This document shows, one piece after another, positions 28,156 through 38,346 of a stretch of 64,000 nucleotides of DNA. The number at the start of each line of letters is the position of its first letter. Position 1 is the stretch's first letter. The stretch comes from an uncultured Chromatiales bacterium (GTDB lineage: Bacteria; Bacteroidota; Ignavibacteria; SZUA-365): positions 821 to 64,820 of the forward strand of contig CAZWNO010000004.1 of NCBI GenBank assembly GCA_964635845.1, in the 5' to 3' direction. The position numbers and the translations under genes are program-made. The notes under the pieces were generated by a model. The model had not been told where the DNA came from. It ran no database searches and saw only the letters and a list, made by a program, of their open reading frames with translations.

Positions 28156-28900
28156 TCATTGTCCCGGGACAAGATGGGAGGGAGCCTGAGTTCTTTTCCA
28201 TTGACACGCGGCATGAAAGTGGCGTGAGAATCGTTCAGGCGCTGGTACGGAACATGGGAATCTGCATACCGATGTCAAGTCAGCCATCCAAGCGGCAATC
28301 CTGTGAGGATCTGAAAATAAAAAGAGGTATGCAGAGGGGGACCGGTCGAAGGTGATTTCCGCATCCGGCAGAGACTCCGCCACTCCAGCGACGAAGGCCG
28401 GCGACATGTCCATGCTGACATGCTTGATCGTGTGAGCCGTGCCGCCATGCGCCTCGAAGTCCGCGGCAAACCGCTCGATGACGTTCTGTCCTTTCCTTTC
28501 GGTGGCAAACAACATGCGCCGCTTCTTCACGTCCGCCACGACACTGACATAGCGATGGCCCAGGCGACGCGACGTTTCATCGATCGCGATCGCCGTCACG
28601 CCGGCAAAATCCTCGCGCTCCCGCGCACGTCCAACATGGTGGTCAAGGATGCGGCACGGACGCGTGTCACTTTCCCGCACCTGTCGCGCGATGGCAGCGA
28701 CCGGCATCTGCGGCTCCATGCTCATGACCAGGGCTTCGAAGAGCAATGTGAAACCACTGCTCGTCCGCGCCCAAGGGACATGGACATGCAAGACGCCACT
28801 GTGCTCGCTACGAATTAAGGGAACGCCGGCATGGGGGTAGCAGACATGTTGGAATAAGTTCATATGACGCGATTATTTCTCGACCGTGTCATGCAGGGAA
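28156..28900 (-). pseudogene. ISL3-family transposase remnant B (internal ~215 codons; frameshifted at the 5' end, truncated at the 3' end)
   Basis: GVLHVHVPWARTSSGFTLLFEALVMSMEPQMPVAAIARQV..TAIAIDETSRRLGHRYVSVVAD..RRMLFATERKG matches the ISL3 Tnp, including the start of the DDE domain. Same orientation as remnant A. Confidence 0.7.
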
Positions 28901-29059
28901 TATCAGCAATGGTCGAAGGCGGTCGGAAGTCGAGACATGCCGGCGTATCGAGCCACATTCCGTGCCTTTCACAGCCCTTCGATACGGTCGCCGAGGCGAC
29001 CTATTCGGGCAGACGCACTGCTGCCAACAGCCCGCTACGTCGGGTCTGCGACAAACGGC

Positions 29060-29210
29060 CAACAACCATAAGCTTAAGGCTTAAAGCTTAAAGCCTACAG
29101 CCTACAGCTTACAGCTTACAGCCTACAGCCTACAGCTTACAGCCTACAGCCAAAAGCCCAAAGCCAACGGCCAACTGCCAACTGCCAACTGCCAAAAGCC
29201 AACTGCCATC
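29060..29210. repeat. Simple-sequence region of hexamer tandem repeats (gcttaa / agccta / cagctt / ccaact variants)
   Basis: Direct reading. An inverted short copy lies at 6810..6830. Confidence 0.8.
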
Positions 29211-29326
29211 CTCCCCCTACCTTGTAAGGGGACGGCGAATACGGTATTTTGCCGTGACTTGCTTTATTCGGCGTCCCGCGCCTAACTTGAATATTGGTGC
29301 ATCGTTAACGCAGAACTGAACGTTTC

Positions 29327-31846
29327 GTGAATCCACGCCCATTCATCACGCTTCCGCTCCTCCTGACGGCCGTACTCCTCCTGCAGGGCTGCGCGGTCTG
29401 GGAATTCGTCGACACGCGCTGGCAGAATGCGACAGGGTACTTCAACACGTATTACAACGCCGCGAAGCTCTACGACGAAGCGGAGGCGGAGATCGAGAAG
29501 AATCAGGCCAGCCGGACCATCGATCCGAACCAGGGATCGGTGGAAATGGAGCCCGCGATGGCGGATGGAGTCCCGGGCGAGGAATCGGACGTGCCCAAGG
29601 AAAAGATGCATCGCCAGATCGCGATGATGGAAACCGGCGCGCCTTCGACCGCGATCATGAAACTGGACAAGGTGATCGAAAAGGGATCCCGCATCCTTGT
29701 CAACTATCCGAAAAGCAAGTGGGTCGACAACGCCCTGCTGCTCATCGGGAAGAGCTACTATCACAAGTCAGAGGCCCTGCGCGCGGAGCGGAAATTCCAG
29801 GAATTGCTCGACAGGTACCCCGAGAGCAGCCTCGTTCCCGAAGCCATCCTCTGGCTGGGGAAAACCTACGTGCGGCTGGAAAAATACGAGACCGCGGAAG
29901 GCCTGCTCGACCGCGCGATCGAGGAAGCGGTGCGCGAAGGCGAACCCGATATCGCGGCCGCAGCCTATTTCGAACTCGGGAAAATGTACCTGCTTCAGGA
30001 CAACCGCGCCGAAGCGGTGAAGAAATACGAGCAGGCCGTCGACTTCGCGAGCGACGAGGACCGGCGGATGCAGATCCAGCTCGCCCTCGCGCGCGAATAC
30101 GAACGGCTCGGCGAAAAGGAGAAGGCGGCGAAAGCCTACCGGGACATCTTCAGGCTGGATCCGAGCACCGAGCTGGCATTCATCGCGGAACTGAATTACG
30201 CGAAACTCTCGCGTGAACTCGGGGATCTCGACGAGGCCAGCAACACGCTGATCAACATGCTCGACAATCCCCTCTATCTCGACTACGACGGGCAGATCCA
30301 GCTCGAGATCGGCAACCTGTACTACGCCTACCACAAGCGCTATGCGCTGGCCGGCGATACGCTGGCACGCGATGCGTTCGCGGCCGCCATGGACCAGTAC
30401 AGCTTCGTCGACACGACCTTCAAGGGAAAGGAAGAAGCGGCGGATGCATCCTTCGCGAAGGGACGGATTTACGAAGAGGACATCAAGGATTACGACAACG
30501 CGTTCCAGAACTACAACAACGCCAAGCTGGCGTTTCCGGGTGCGGCGTCCGCGCGGCTTTCCACCCATAAGGCGAAGGTCTTCGGAGAATACCGCAAACT
30601 GCGGAACCAGATCAGCATGAAGGACACGACGCTGTTCTTCGTGCTCAATCCCGACACGCTGCGGCTGCGCGATTCGCTTCGCGTCATCTCCGATTCGCTC
30701 GACCGCGAACGCCGCAAGGCCGAAGGACTCGATGAGAAGCTGATGACGGAGGAGCAGCGGATGGCCGAGCGCTTCCGCCGCCGCCGGCCGCACGGACGCA
30801 ACACGGGCCGTATCAATCCATGGCTGCGGGAAACCGAGAAACAGCAGGTGGCGATGGCGGCCGGCCTGAAGGCCACCGAACAGGCCGTCGCGGTCTCGGG
30901 TCCGGAATACCGGCGCATCAATCTCCGCCAGACGGATCCCGACTCGCTGCGTACCGTGCTCGCCGAACTCTATATGGAAATGGGATGGCAGATGTACGAC
31001 CAGATAGGGAACATCGACTCCGCCCGCCACTACTATCAGAAGGCGCTCGACAACAGGCTCTCCGATTCGCTGCGTCCCCAGGCCGTCTATACGATGGCCG
31101 CCATCGAGCGGAAGGCAGGCAACGAGAGCGAAGCCGTCGCGCTGGAGGACCGCCTGATCCGTGATTATCCCTTCAGCCGCTATGCGCATGGGATCATGCA
31201 GCTGCGCGGCATCCCTCTCCCCAAGGATTCGACCTCTCTCGCGATCGAAGCGTACGAGCAGGCGGCGCGTGTACTCGAACGGGGCGACCGCGAAACCGGT
31301 GTCACACTGATGCGGGCGGTGATGCAGGATTTCCCCGATAGTGATCAGGCGCTGCGGGCGAAACTTGCCATCGCGATGCTCTACGAAGAATATCGCGGCG
31401 ACGAAGCCCTCGCCATGTACAAGGAGATGGTGGCGGAGCATCCCGATTCCCGTTACAGCAAGCGGGGGAAAGAGATCCTCGCGGCGATCGAGAATTTCGA
31501 GAAGGATGCCGTTCGGCGGCAGAAGGAAGCGGAAGCGAAGGCGGAAGCGAATCGTATCGCGGAGGAGGAGCGGAAGCGCAAGGAGGCGCGCTTCCAAAAT
31601 CCGCTTCTGGACGAAGAACTGAAAGTCATGCGCGACTCCGTCCGCTCGCGGGAGCCGAAGATCGATCCCTCGCGCGACAAGGATTTCCCTCTCCGCCTGC
31701 CGGGCGAGGATCCCGTGCGCGACACCACGGAGGCGAAGCCGCTCTTCGTTCCGGACAGGAATCCCGGGAGCATCCGTCAGCCGGGAACGATTCCCGGAGG
31801 CGACACGCTCCGGCGACTCCCCCCACCCCAAAAGCTCGAGAAATGA
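29327..31846 (+). CDS. Tetratricopeptide-repeat lipoprotein with a Lys/Glu-rich C-terminal region
   Basis: Lipobox LLLQGC. Multiple TPR-like 34-aa helical repeats (YFNTYYNAAKLYDEAE..). C-terminal charged low-complexity segment. Confidence 0.6.
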   Translation: MNPRPFITLPLLLTAVLLLQGCAVWEFVDTRWQNATGYFNTYYNAAKLYDEAEAEIEKNQASRTIDPNQGSVEMEPAMADGVPGEESDVPKEKMHRQIAMMETGAPSTAIMKLDKVIEKGSRILVNYPKSKWVDNALLLIGKSYYHKSEALRAERKFQELLDRYPESSLVPEAILWLGKTYVRLEKYETAEGLLDRAIEEAVREGEPDIAAAAYFELGKMYLLQDNRAEAVKKYEQAVDFASDEDRRMQIQLALAREYERLGEKEKAAKAYRDIFRLDPSTELAFIAELNYAKLSRELGDLDEASNTLINMLDNPLYLDYDGQIQLEIGNLYYAYHKRYALAGDTLARDAFAAAMDQYSFVDTTFKGKEEAADASFAKGRIYEEDIKDYDNAFQNYNNAKLAFPGAASARLSTHKAKVFGEYRKLRNQISMKDTTLFFVLNPDTLRLRDSLRVISDSLDRERRKAEGLDEKLMTEEQRMAERFRRRRPHGRNTGRINPWLRETEKQQVAMAAGLKATEQAVAVSGPEYRRINLRQTDPDSLRTVLAELYMEMGWQMYDQIGNIDSARHYYQKALDNRLSDSLRPQAVYTMAAIERKAGNESEAVALEDRLIRDYPFSRYAHGIMQLRGIPLPKDSTSLAIEAYEQAARVLERGDRETGVTLMRAVMQDFPDSDQALRAKLAIAMLYEEYRGDEALAMYKEMVAEHPDSRYSKRGKEILAAIENFEKDAVRRQKEAEAKAEANRIAEEERKRKEARFQNPLLDEELKVMRDSVRSREPKIDPSRDKDFPLRLPGEDPVRDTTEAKPLFVPDRNPGSIRQPGTIPGGDTLRRLPPPQKLEK

Positions 31847-31850
31847 CCAC

Positions 31851-32702
31851 ATGCCAGTGACCAACGCAGATCCGCCGGAGATCAGCGCCGACCCGCCGGC
31901 AGTCAACGCCGATCCGCCGGCAGTCAACGCCGACCTGCGGGTGACGGCGATTGAAGCGATCGCGGAAGACACCTGGGCGCTGCGTTTCCGCAGTCCGGAA
32001 CTCGCGGCGCGGCTGCGGCCGGGACAGTTTCTCAACATCCGCACCAGCGATCAGCTCGATCCTCTGCTGCGCCGTCCGTACAGCATTTCCGATGTGATCG
32101 GGGACGAATGCGAGATCCTGTTCTCCCTCGTGGGGAAGGGCACGCACGCCCTCTCGCACAAACAGCCCGGTGATCATATCGGAGTCCTGGGTCCGCTGGG
32201 CAACACCTTCGGTTACGCGAAGTCCTTCGGCACGGCCCTGATCGTGGCGGGCGGCATCGGCGTCGCGCCGTTTCCCTTTCTGACGAAAGAACTGCGCAAG
32301 CGCGAAATTCCGTTCATCACCTTTCTCGGAGCGCGCAGTGCGGCACGCGTGGTCTCGCGCGGACTCGCCAGTCGGCACATCGCAACCGACGATGGCAGCA
32401 TGGGATTCCACGGGACGGTGGTCGCCGCGCTCGGGGAATACCTCGATGCGCATCCGGTCGATGGTCCGATGATCTTCGCCTGCGGTCCGAATCCCATGCT
32501 GCGGGCAGTCCAGCAGTTCGCCCATGAACGCGGGATCGCGTGCGAGCTTTCGCTCGAATCGGAAATGGCCTGCGGCATCGGCATCTGCCAGGGCTGTCCG
32601 GTCGAACGCCATCAGGGCAAGCGCAAATATGCGCTGGTCTGCACCGAGGGACCCTGCTTCGATTCGCACGACATCATCTTTCACGGGCATCACCACGCAT
32701 GA
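31851..32702 (+). CDS. pyrK: Dihydroorotate dehydrogenase electron-transfer subunit
   Basis: LRRPYSISD (FAD site), GPLGNTF, ALIVAGGIGVAPF, FACGPNPML. C-terminal CGIGICQGCPV..C is the 2Fe-2S cluster motif. An alternative in-frame GTG start at 31941 would put the 21-bp x3 repeat (ADPPAVN x3) in the leader. Confidence 0.8.
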   Translation: MPVTNADPPEISADPPAVNADPPAVNADLRVTAIEAIAEDTWALRFRSPELAARLRPGQFLNIRTSDQLDPLLRRPYSISDVIGDECEILFSLVGKGTHALSHKQPGDHIGVLGPLGNTFGYAKSFGTALIVAGGIGVAPFPFLTKELRKREIPFITFLGARSAARVVSRGLASRHIATDDGSMGFHGTVVAALGEYLDAHPVDGPMIFACGPNPMLRAVQQFAHERGIACELSLESEMACGIGICQGCPVERHQGKRKYALVCTEGPCFDSHDIIFHGHHHA

Positions 32703-33646
32703 ACACGACGTTCGCACTCGGGACCATGCATCTGAAGAACCGGGTACTCGTGGCATCCGGCACCTTCGGCTACGGCAACGAGGCCGCGCCGTACACGGAT
32801 CTCTCGCGCCTCGGAGGCATCGTCACGAAGTCGGTGAGCATGCTCCCGCGTCAGGGCAATGCGCCGACGCGCATCGCCGAGACTCCCGCGGGCATGCTCA
32901 ATTCCATCGGACTCGCGAACGTCGGCATCGATGCGTTCATCGCGGAGAAGCTCCCCTTCCTTCGGAATATCGACACGTCCATCATCGTCAATATCGCGGC
33001 GAGCAGCGTCGACGAGTACATTGCCGTGCTTGAACGGCTCGAGGACGAACAGGGGATAGAGGCGTATGAAATCAATGTCAGCTGTCCCAACGTGAAGGAA
33101 GGCGGACTCAACTTCGGCACGCGCAGCGAGATGACCGCGACCATCACGCGCGAGCTGCGCCGCAGGACGAAACGCACGCTGATGATCAAGCTGACACCGA
33201 ACGTGACGCATATCGTGGACTTCGCGAAGGTGTGCGAGGCCGAGGGCGCGGATGCCGTGTCGCTCATCAACACGCTCGTGGGCATGGCCGTCAATATCCA
33301 CACGCGCCGGCCCGTGCTCTCCACGATCACCGGCGGACTCAGCGGTCCGGCCATCAAACCCGTCGCTCTCGCGAAGGTGTTCGAGGTCTCCAAGGCCGTC
33401 TCCATTCCCGTCATCGGCATCGGCGGGATCACGACCTGGGAGGACGCGATCGAATTCCTGCTCGTCGGCGCCTCGGCGATCCAGGTCGGCACCGCCAGTT
33501 TCCGCGACCCGGATGCGGCGGTGAAAATCGCGGCCGGAATGCAAGAGTACTGTTCCGCTCAGGGGATCGACGACATGCAGGAACTGGTCGGCGGTCTGCG
33601 CATCGACGCCGGCGTCGCCGCGCCCGGATTTGTCAAGACACAGTGA
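32699..33646 (+). CDS. pyrD: Dihydroorotate dehydrogenase catalytic subunit (class 1B)
   Basis: ASGTFGYG, NSIGLANVG, NVSCPN (catalytic Cys), GGLSGPAIKP, IGIGGI. ATGA overlap with the pyrK stop. Confidence 0.85.
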   Translation: MNTTFALGTMHLKNRVLVASGTFGYGNEAAPYTDLSRLGGIVTKSVSMLPRQGNAPTRIAETPAGMLNSIGLANVGIDAFIAEKLPFLRNIDTSIIVNIAASSVDEYIAVLERLEDEQGIEAYEINVSCPNVKEGGLNFGTRSEMTATITRELRRRTKRTLMIKLTPNVTHIVDFAKVCEAEGADAVSLINTLVGMAVNIHTRRPVLSTITGGLSGPAIKPVALAKVFEVSKAVSIPVIGIGGITTWEDAIEFLLVGASAIQVGTASFRDPDAAVKIAAGMQEYCSAQGIDDMQELVGGLRIDAGVAAPGFVKTQ

Positions 33647-33656
33647 AAGGAATCGG

Positions 33657-34637
33657 ATGTTGCCAGGCATGGCGGATACATTCACCGATATTCGGACCGA
33701 AATGAAGGCGACCATCGCGGGCGCCTTTCTTTGCATTGAGAGCGGCCGCGGAGTGCTGCGCATGAACGGTCGCGATGCGCGCGACCTCCTGCACCGGCTG
33801 TCGAGCGCCCGCATCGACGATCTGCGGGAGGGTGCGCTGCGCGAAACCCTGCTGACGAGCGAGAAAGGCCGCGTGATCGACGCCCTGCTCGCAATGCGGA
33901 CCGCGGACACCCTGAAGCTCCTGACTTCGCCGGGGAGAAGCGCCGAGGTGATTTCCTGGCTCGAGAAATTCACGATCATGGAGGATTGCACCTACGCGGA
34001 CGTGAGCTCCGACTACGCGCAGTTCTCCGTCTACAATCTGGCCCCCGGATGGGAATCGTTTTTCGCCGACATCGCGCTTCCGGCTCCCGGTGCGTTCGAT
34101 TCCGTTTCACTCTCCGGAGTCGAGGCGGAGCTGCTGCATCACCACAGCGTCACCGGCGCGGGCCTGCGCATTCTCTGCCGCGCGGAAGAGGTCGGGCGGC
34201 TCTGGATGCAGCTGACACAGCTGCGCGGACTGCCCGCCGTCGGCAAACAGGGATTCGCGCTGTGGCGGATCAGGAATCTCATTCCGGCGATGGGGCATGA
34301 GCTGGGCGACCGCACGAATCCGCTCGAGGCGGGTGCGGAAGCCGCCGTGGATTTCCGCAAGGGCTGCTTCATCGGACAGGAGGTGATCGCGCGGCTCGAC
34401 AGCTACGACAAGGTGCAGCGCCATCCGCGCCGGCTGCTGTTCGGCCACGACAGCGCGACGGAGATCCCGGTGAACACGCCGCTCGAGCACGAGGGCACCG
34501 ATGCCGGCTTCGTCACCACCGCGGCCTTCGATCCGGAACGGGGACGCATGGTCGGCATCGGCCTGGTACGGCAGTCCTTCGAAGCCGCGGGCACGCGGCT
34601 GCGCTGCGGCGGCATGGAAGCGGAGGTCCTCGCCTGA
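33657..34637 (+). CDS. ygfZ: YgfZ/CAF17 folate-binding protein (GcvT-like)
   Basis: KGCFIGQEVIARLDSYDKVQRH matches the YgfZ KGC[Y/F]xGQE signature. Start chosen for the AAAGG RBS; an alternative is 33630. Confidence 0.65.
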   Translation: MLPGMADTFTDIRTEMKATIAGAFLCIESGRGVLRMNGRDARDLLHRLSSARIDDLREGALRETLLTSEKGRVIDALLAMRTADTLKLLTSPGRSAEVISWLEKFTIMEDCTYADVSSDYAQFSVYNLAPGWESFFADIALPAPGAFDSVSLSGVEAELLHHHSVTGAGLRILCRAEEVGRLWMQLTQLRGLPAVGKQGFALWRIRNLIPAMGHELGDRTNPLEAGAEAAVDFRKGCFIGQEVIARLDSYDKVQRHPRRLLFGHDSATEIPVNTPLEHEGTDAGFVTTAAFDPERGRMVGIGLVRQSFEAAGTRLRCGGMEAEVLA

Positions 34638-34701
34638 CGATCGGGATCCGACGCGGCGAACGGGCTTCCGATGAGTTCGCGACTGCACGCAGAATTGCAG
34701 C

Positions 34702-34762
34702 GCGGGAATGCAGGAATAACCAATCGGGAATGCAGGAATAACCGATCGGGAATGCAGGAATA
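34702..34762. repeat. Tandem repeat, 22-bp unit cgggaatgcaggaataaccaat, about 3 copies, just upstream of the SDR gene
   Basis: Direct reading. Confidence 0.8.
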
Positions 34763-34773
34763 GCGGAGCGGGT

Positions 34774-35496
34774 ATGACAGTTTCCAGACGTGTTTTCATC
34801 ACCGGTTCAGGCCGACGTCTCGGCCGGCAGCTCGCGCTCGCATTCGCGGAGCGGGGCTACGACGTCGTCCTGCATGCCTTCGGGAGCGCCGACGGTTTGC
34901 CGGAAACAGAGCAGCGTATCCGCGGACTCGGCCGCGACGTGTTTTCCGTGCGGGGGGACCTTCGCCGCGTCGCGGACATCCGGCGCATGGCGGAGGAAAT
35001 CGCGCGGCGCTGTGCGCGGCTCGACGTCCTCGTGAACAATGCGGGCGTCTTTCCCACCGCGGCGTTCGAGGATGTCAGCGAGGAACTGTGGGACGATACC
35101 CTCGCCGTCAATGCGAAGAGCCAGTTTTTCATGACCCAGGCGCTCCTGCCGCTGCTGCGCGCGGCGAAGGGATGCGTTGTGAATCTCGCCAGCGCCGGAG
35201 CGTTCGAGCCCTGGCGCGATCACCTTCCCTACAATGTCTCGAAGGCTGCGGTCGTGATGCTGACGCGCGCCATGGCGAAGGCGCTCGCGCCCGACGTGCG
35301 GGTCAACGCCGTGGCGCCGGGAATCATCATCGTGCCGGGCGAGGAGTCCATCGATCACATCCCGGCGTCGCGCTTCCCCATGCAGCGCTACGGCACGCCC
35401 GAAGACCTCGCGGCCGCGGTACTGTTCCTTGCCGAGGGTACTTCCTACGTCACCGGCCACATCCTTCCCGTCACGGGCGGCGCGGCCGCGATGTAA
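34774..35496 (+). CDS. SDR family oxidoreductase
   Basis: N-terminal TGSGRRLG Rossmann motif, NNAG, and the YNVSKAA catalytic tyrosine-lysine. Confidence 0.75.
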   Translation: MTVSRRVFITGSGRRLGRQLALAFAERGYDVVLHAFGSADGLPETEQRIRGLGRDVFSVRGDLRRVADIRRMAEEIARRCARLDVLVNNAGVFPTAAFEDVSEELWDDTLAVNAKSQFFMTQALLPLLRAAKGCVVNLASAGAFEPWRDHLPYNVSKAAVVMLTRAMAKALAPDVRVNAVAPGIIIVPGEESIDHIPASRFPMQRYGTPEDLAAAVLFLAEGTSYVTGHILPVTGGAAAM

Positions 35497-35525
35497 TCAA
35501 TTCGACAACCATCAGGACACTCCTC

Positions 35526-36353
35526 ATGTCAGCTTCCAATCCGACCAAGGCCTACAAGGATCTCGAATTTCTCAACAGTCCCGATGCGCGGACGATCCGT
35601 CTCCTGGCGGAATATCTCGAGCCCCTGCGGCGCTTCAGGCAGCAGAGGATAAAGGACACGGTGGTGTTTTTTGGATCGGCGCGGCTGAAGTCGCGGCAGG
35701 ACGCGCTGCAGGAAAAACAGGACGTCCTCGACTCCATTCAGCGTTCGAGCAAGGTGAAGACGCCGAAGACCCTGCTCGACCGGCTCCGCCAGGCCGAGAC
35801 GATGCTGGACATGTCGCGGTATTACGACGATGCCGTCGAGCTGGCCCGCCTGATGTCCGAGTGGTCGCTGACGCTCGGGAAGCAGCGCTTCGTCGTCTGT
35901 TCGGGCGGGGGACCGGGCATCATGGAAGCGGCGAACCGGGGTGCGCACTTGGCCGGCGCGAAATCGATCGGCCTGAACATCAGCCTGCCATTCGAGCAGT
36001 TCGCGAATGCATACATCCCTCCCGAGCTGAATTTCGAATTCCATTACTTCTTCATGCGCAAGTTCTGGTTCGTCTACCCCGCCAAGGCGCTCGTCGTGTT
36101 CCCCGGCGGCTTCGGAACCATGGATGAGCTGATGGAGATCCTCACCCTGGTGCAGACGGAAAAATTGCGCAAGGAAGTGTTCATCGTACTTTATGGCGGG
36201 GATTTCTGGAATGGGATCATTAATTTTGATGGACTGGTGAAACACGGCGTCGTCAGTCCCGACGATCTCCGGCTTTTCCAGATTTGTAATACTCCGAAAG
36301 AAGCTTTTAATTATCTTAAGAGGAAGTTGACCGACAGGTATTTGAACGAATGA
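35526..36353 (+). CDS. LOG family protein (nucleotide 5'-monophosphate nucleosidase / PpnN-type)
   Basis: SGGGPGIMEAANRGA and VFPGGFGTMDELMEILTLVQT match the LOG/TIGR00730 motifs. Confidence 0.7.
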   Translation: MSASNPTKAYKDLEFLNSPDARTIRLLAEYLEPLRRFRQQRIKDTVVFFGSARLKSRQDALQEKQDVLDSIQRSSKVKTPKTLLDRLRQAETMLDMSRYYDDAVELARLMSEWSLTLGKQRFVVCSGGGPGIMEAANRGAHLAGAKSIGLNISLPFEQFANAYIPPELNFEFHYFFMRKFWFVYPAKALVVFPGGFGTMDELMEILTLVQTEKLRKEVFIVLYGGDFWNGIINFDGLVKHGVVSPDDLRLFQICNTPKEAFNYLKRKLTDRYLNE

Positions 36354-37249
36354 GCACGACACGCGAACTGTACGCGCTGTACTCGTTGCTCGACGACCCT
36401 CAGGCAAGCGTTCAGAAGGCGGTCCGCGACCGAATTCTCGCACTCGGTGAAGACGCGGTGGCCGGCCTGAGAGAGCTGACGGAAGTACATGGCGATCTCC
36501 ACCACGACGTCGTACGCGAAATGGTGAATGAGATCCGCCGCGGCGCTGCGCTTCGCCGTCTCGGGAGGGAGTTCGACGGGCCGGAGGAACCGATCGACCT
36601 CGAGGAAGGGGCCTTCATCCTCAGCAAGTACGGTTTTCCCGAGATCAACATCGCGACGTATCAGCGGCGGCTCGACGACATGGCCGCGGATATCCGCGTC
36701 CTGGCGGGCAGCAGGGCCGCGCCGCTCGACTTGTTCATGAAGCTCCGCAGTTACCTCTTCAGCGACCTGGGCTTCATCGGAAACCGGGAAGACTATTACA
36801 ATCCCAACAACAGCTATATCAACAAGGTGATCGATTACCGCAAGGGCATCCCGATCACGCTGTCCGTCCTCATGCTCATTCTCGGCAAGCGTCTCGGTCT
36901 GACCCTGAACGGCATCGGCATGCCGATGCATTTCCTCGTGCAATACGACGACGGTTCCCGCATGTTCTTCGTCGACGCCTTCAACAGCGGCATCATCATC
37001 ACCCGCGACCAGTGCCGGCTCATGCTCTCGTCGAGCGGGATCCGCCTCACTCCGGAAATGCTGGCCCCCGTCACCACGCGCGACATCGTCGAGCGCATGT
37101 GGCGGAATCTCTACCTGGCCTATCAGCAGCAGGGCGACGAGGAGGAGACCGCGCGCGTCGCCGAAATCCTCGCTTTCATCAATCCCGACTTCAAGGTCAA
37201 CAACACGATGGACGACGAGCCCGACGACGAGGAGGACGAGGACTTCTGA
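36350..37249 (+). CDS. Transglutaminase-like (SirB1/Transglut_core2-type) protein with an acidic C-terminus
   Basis: IDYRKGIPITLSVLMLILGKRLGL..GIGMPMHFLVQY matches the transglutaminase-core2 pattern. Ends DDEPDDEEDEDF. Confidence 0.45.
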   Translation: MSTTRELYALYSLLDDPQASVQKAVRDRILALGEDAVAGLRELTEVHGDLHHDVVREMVNEIRRGAALRRLGREFDGPEEPIDLEEGAFILSKYGFPEINIATYQRRLDDMAADIRVLAGSRAAPLDLFMKLRSYLFSDLGFIGNREDYYNPNNSYINKVIDYRKGIPITLSVLMLILGKRLGLTLNGIGMPMHFLVQYDDGSRMFFVDAFNSGIIITRDQCRLMLSSSGIRLTPEMLAPVTTRDIVERMWRNLYLAYQQQGDEEETARVAEILAFINPDFKVNNTMDDEPDDEEDEDF

Positions 37250-37287
37250 ACTCGTCATCCCGCCGCCTCATCCTTCACGGAGGTCGA

Positions 37288-38265
37288 ATGACACGCAGCC
37301 TCGGTATCGCACTTCTGTTTTTCCTTCCCGTCTCACTGTTTTCCCAGAGCATCCTCTTCGAAGAGCGCTTCACCGGCGGCCAGCTGCAGAACGAATGGCG
37401 TCCCGGTTTCAACGGCAACTCCATGGATGTCGAGAGTCTGCTGAACAATCCGAGCGGCGACGGCTGGGTCGGCAAGCTGGGGAATCATTTTTCCGGCGGG
37501 AACGTGGGCGCGACGCATTCCTCCGTGCACTTCACCGATTTCTACTATGAAGCCCAGGTGTACATTCCGGTCGACGAGGGCGTGTACTACGGCCTCGAGT
37601 TCCGGGTCGACACGACGGGACTCTCTTCCGGCTACCAGTTCATCGCCCGCTTCCTGCCCGGCGGCATGGTGACACCGCGTCTGCGCTTCCGCCTGCGTCC
37701 CTCCGACAACCCCGGCACTCCGACGGTCCTGCGCGACTGGGAGGAGGCGGAAATCCCCGGCGGCATTCCCGTGCTGAGCGGCTGGCACAAGCTCGCGGTC
37801 AAGGCGGAAGGCCACCGGTTCTGGTTTTACTATGACGGCCAGATGCTGCCCGGGTCGCCGATCATGGACTTCACCTCCCTGGGCGGCACGATCGGCGCCT
37901 ATGTGTGGGACAGCTCGTCGCCGATGCTGAACCTCTACATCGACGACATCATGGTGTATTCGGATATTCCCACGGGGATATCCGATCCGGCCGCCGAAGT
38001 CCCGGCCGCCGTGCTGCTGCAGCCCTACCCCAATCCCGTGCGCGAAGGAGCAACGATCGTCTTCGAACTCCCGAAGCCGGAGCATGTCACCATCAACGTC
38101 TACGATTTCTGCGGGCGGGAGCGCGTCCGCATCGCGGATGCGGTATACGACGCCGGACGGCACAGCGCAGCCTGGAACGGCGCCGGCCTGCCAGAAGGCA
38201 GTTACCTGCTCCGGCTCGCGACACCGTCGTCCGTTCAATCGCGGGTGATGACGGTCCTGCACTGA
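37288..38265 (+). CDS. Secreted concanavalin/LamG-like (DUF1080-like jelly-roll) protein with a T9SS C-terminal domain
   Basis: Signal peptide MTRSLGIALLFFLPVSLFSQ. WHKLAVKAEGHRFWFYYDG motif. C-terminal LQPYPNPVREGATIVFELP..GSYLLRL has the T9SS tail pattern. Confidence 0.55.
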   Translation: MTRSLGIALLFFLPVSLFSQSILFEERFTGGQLQNEWRPGFNGNSMDVESLLNNPSGDGWVGKLGNHFSGGNVGATHSSVHFTDFYYEAQVYIPVDEGVYYGLEFRVDTTGLSSGYQFIARFLPGGMVTPRLRFRLRPSDNPGTPTVLRDWEEAEIPGGIPVLSGWHKLAVKAEGHRFWFYYDGQMLPGSPIMDFTSLGGTIGAYVWDSSSPMLNLYIDDIMVYSDIPTGISDPAAEVPAAVLLQPYPNPVREGATIVFELPKPEHVTINVYDFCGRERVRIADAVYDAGRHSAAWNGAGLPEGSYLLRLATPSSVQSRVMTVLH

Positions 38266-38346
38266 GATGGCTCCCCTCCCGGGCTGATTTTTCCGGAGGC
38301 TTGAAACCGCTTCCACTTCCACCCGTATACTTCCCGAAATTACTGC

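Noticed and set aside
35088-35525. N-terminal extension of the LOG-family gene (ORF listed from 35088)
   Set aside because: The extension overlaps the SDR gene in another frame and is Arg/Gly-rich. LOG homology starts at the ATG at 35526.
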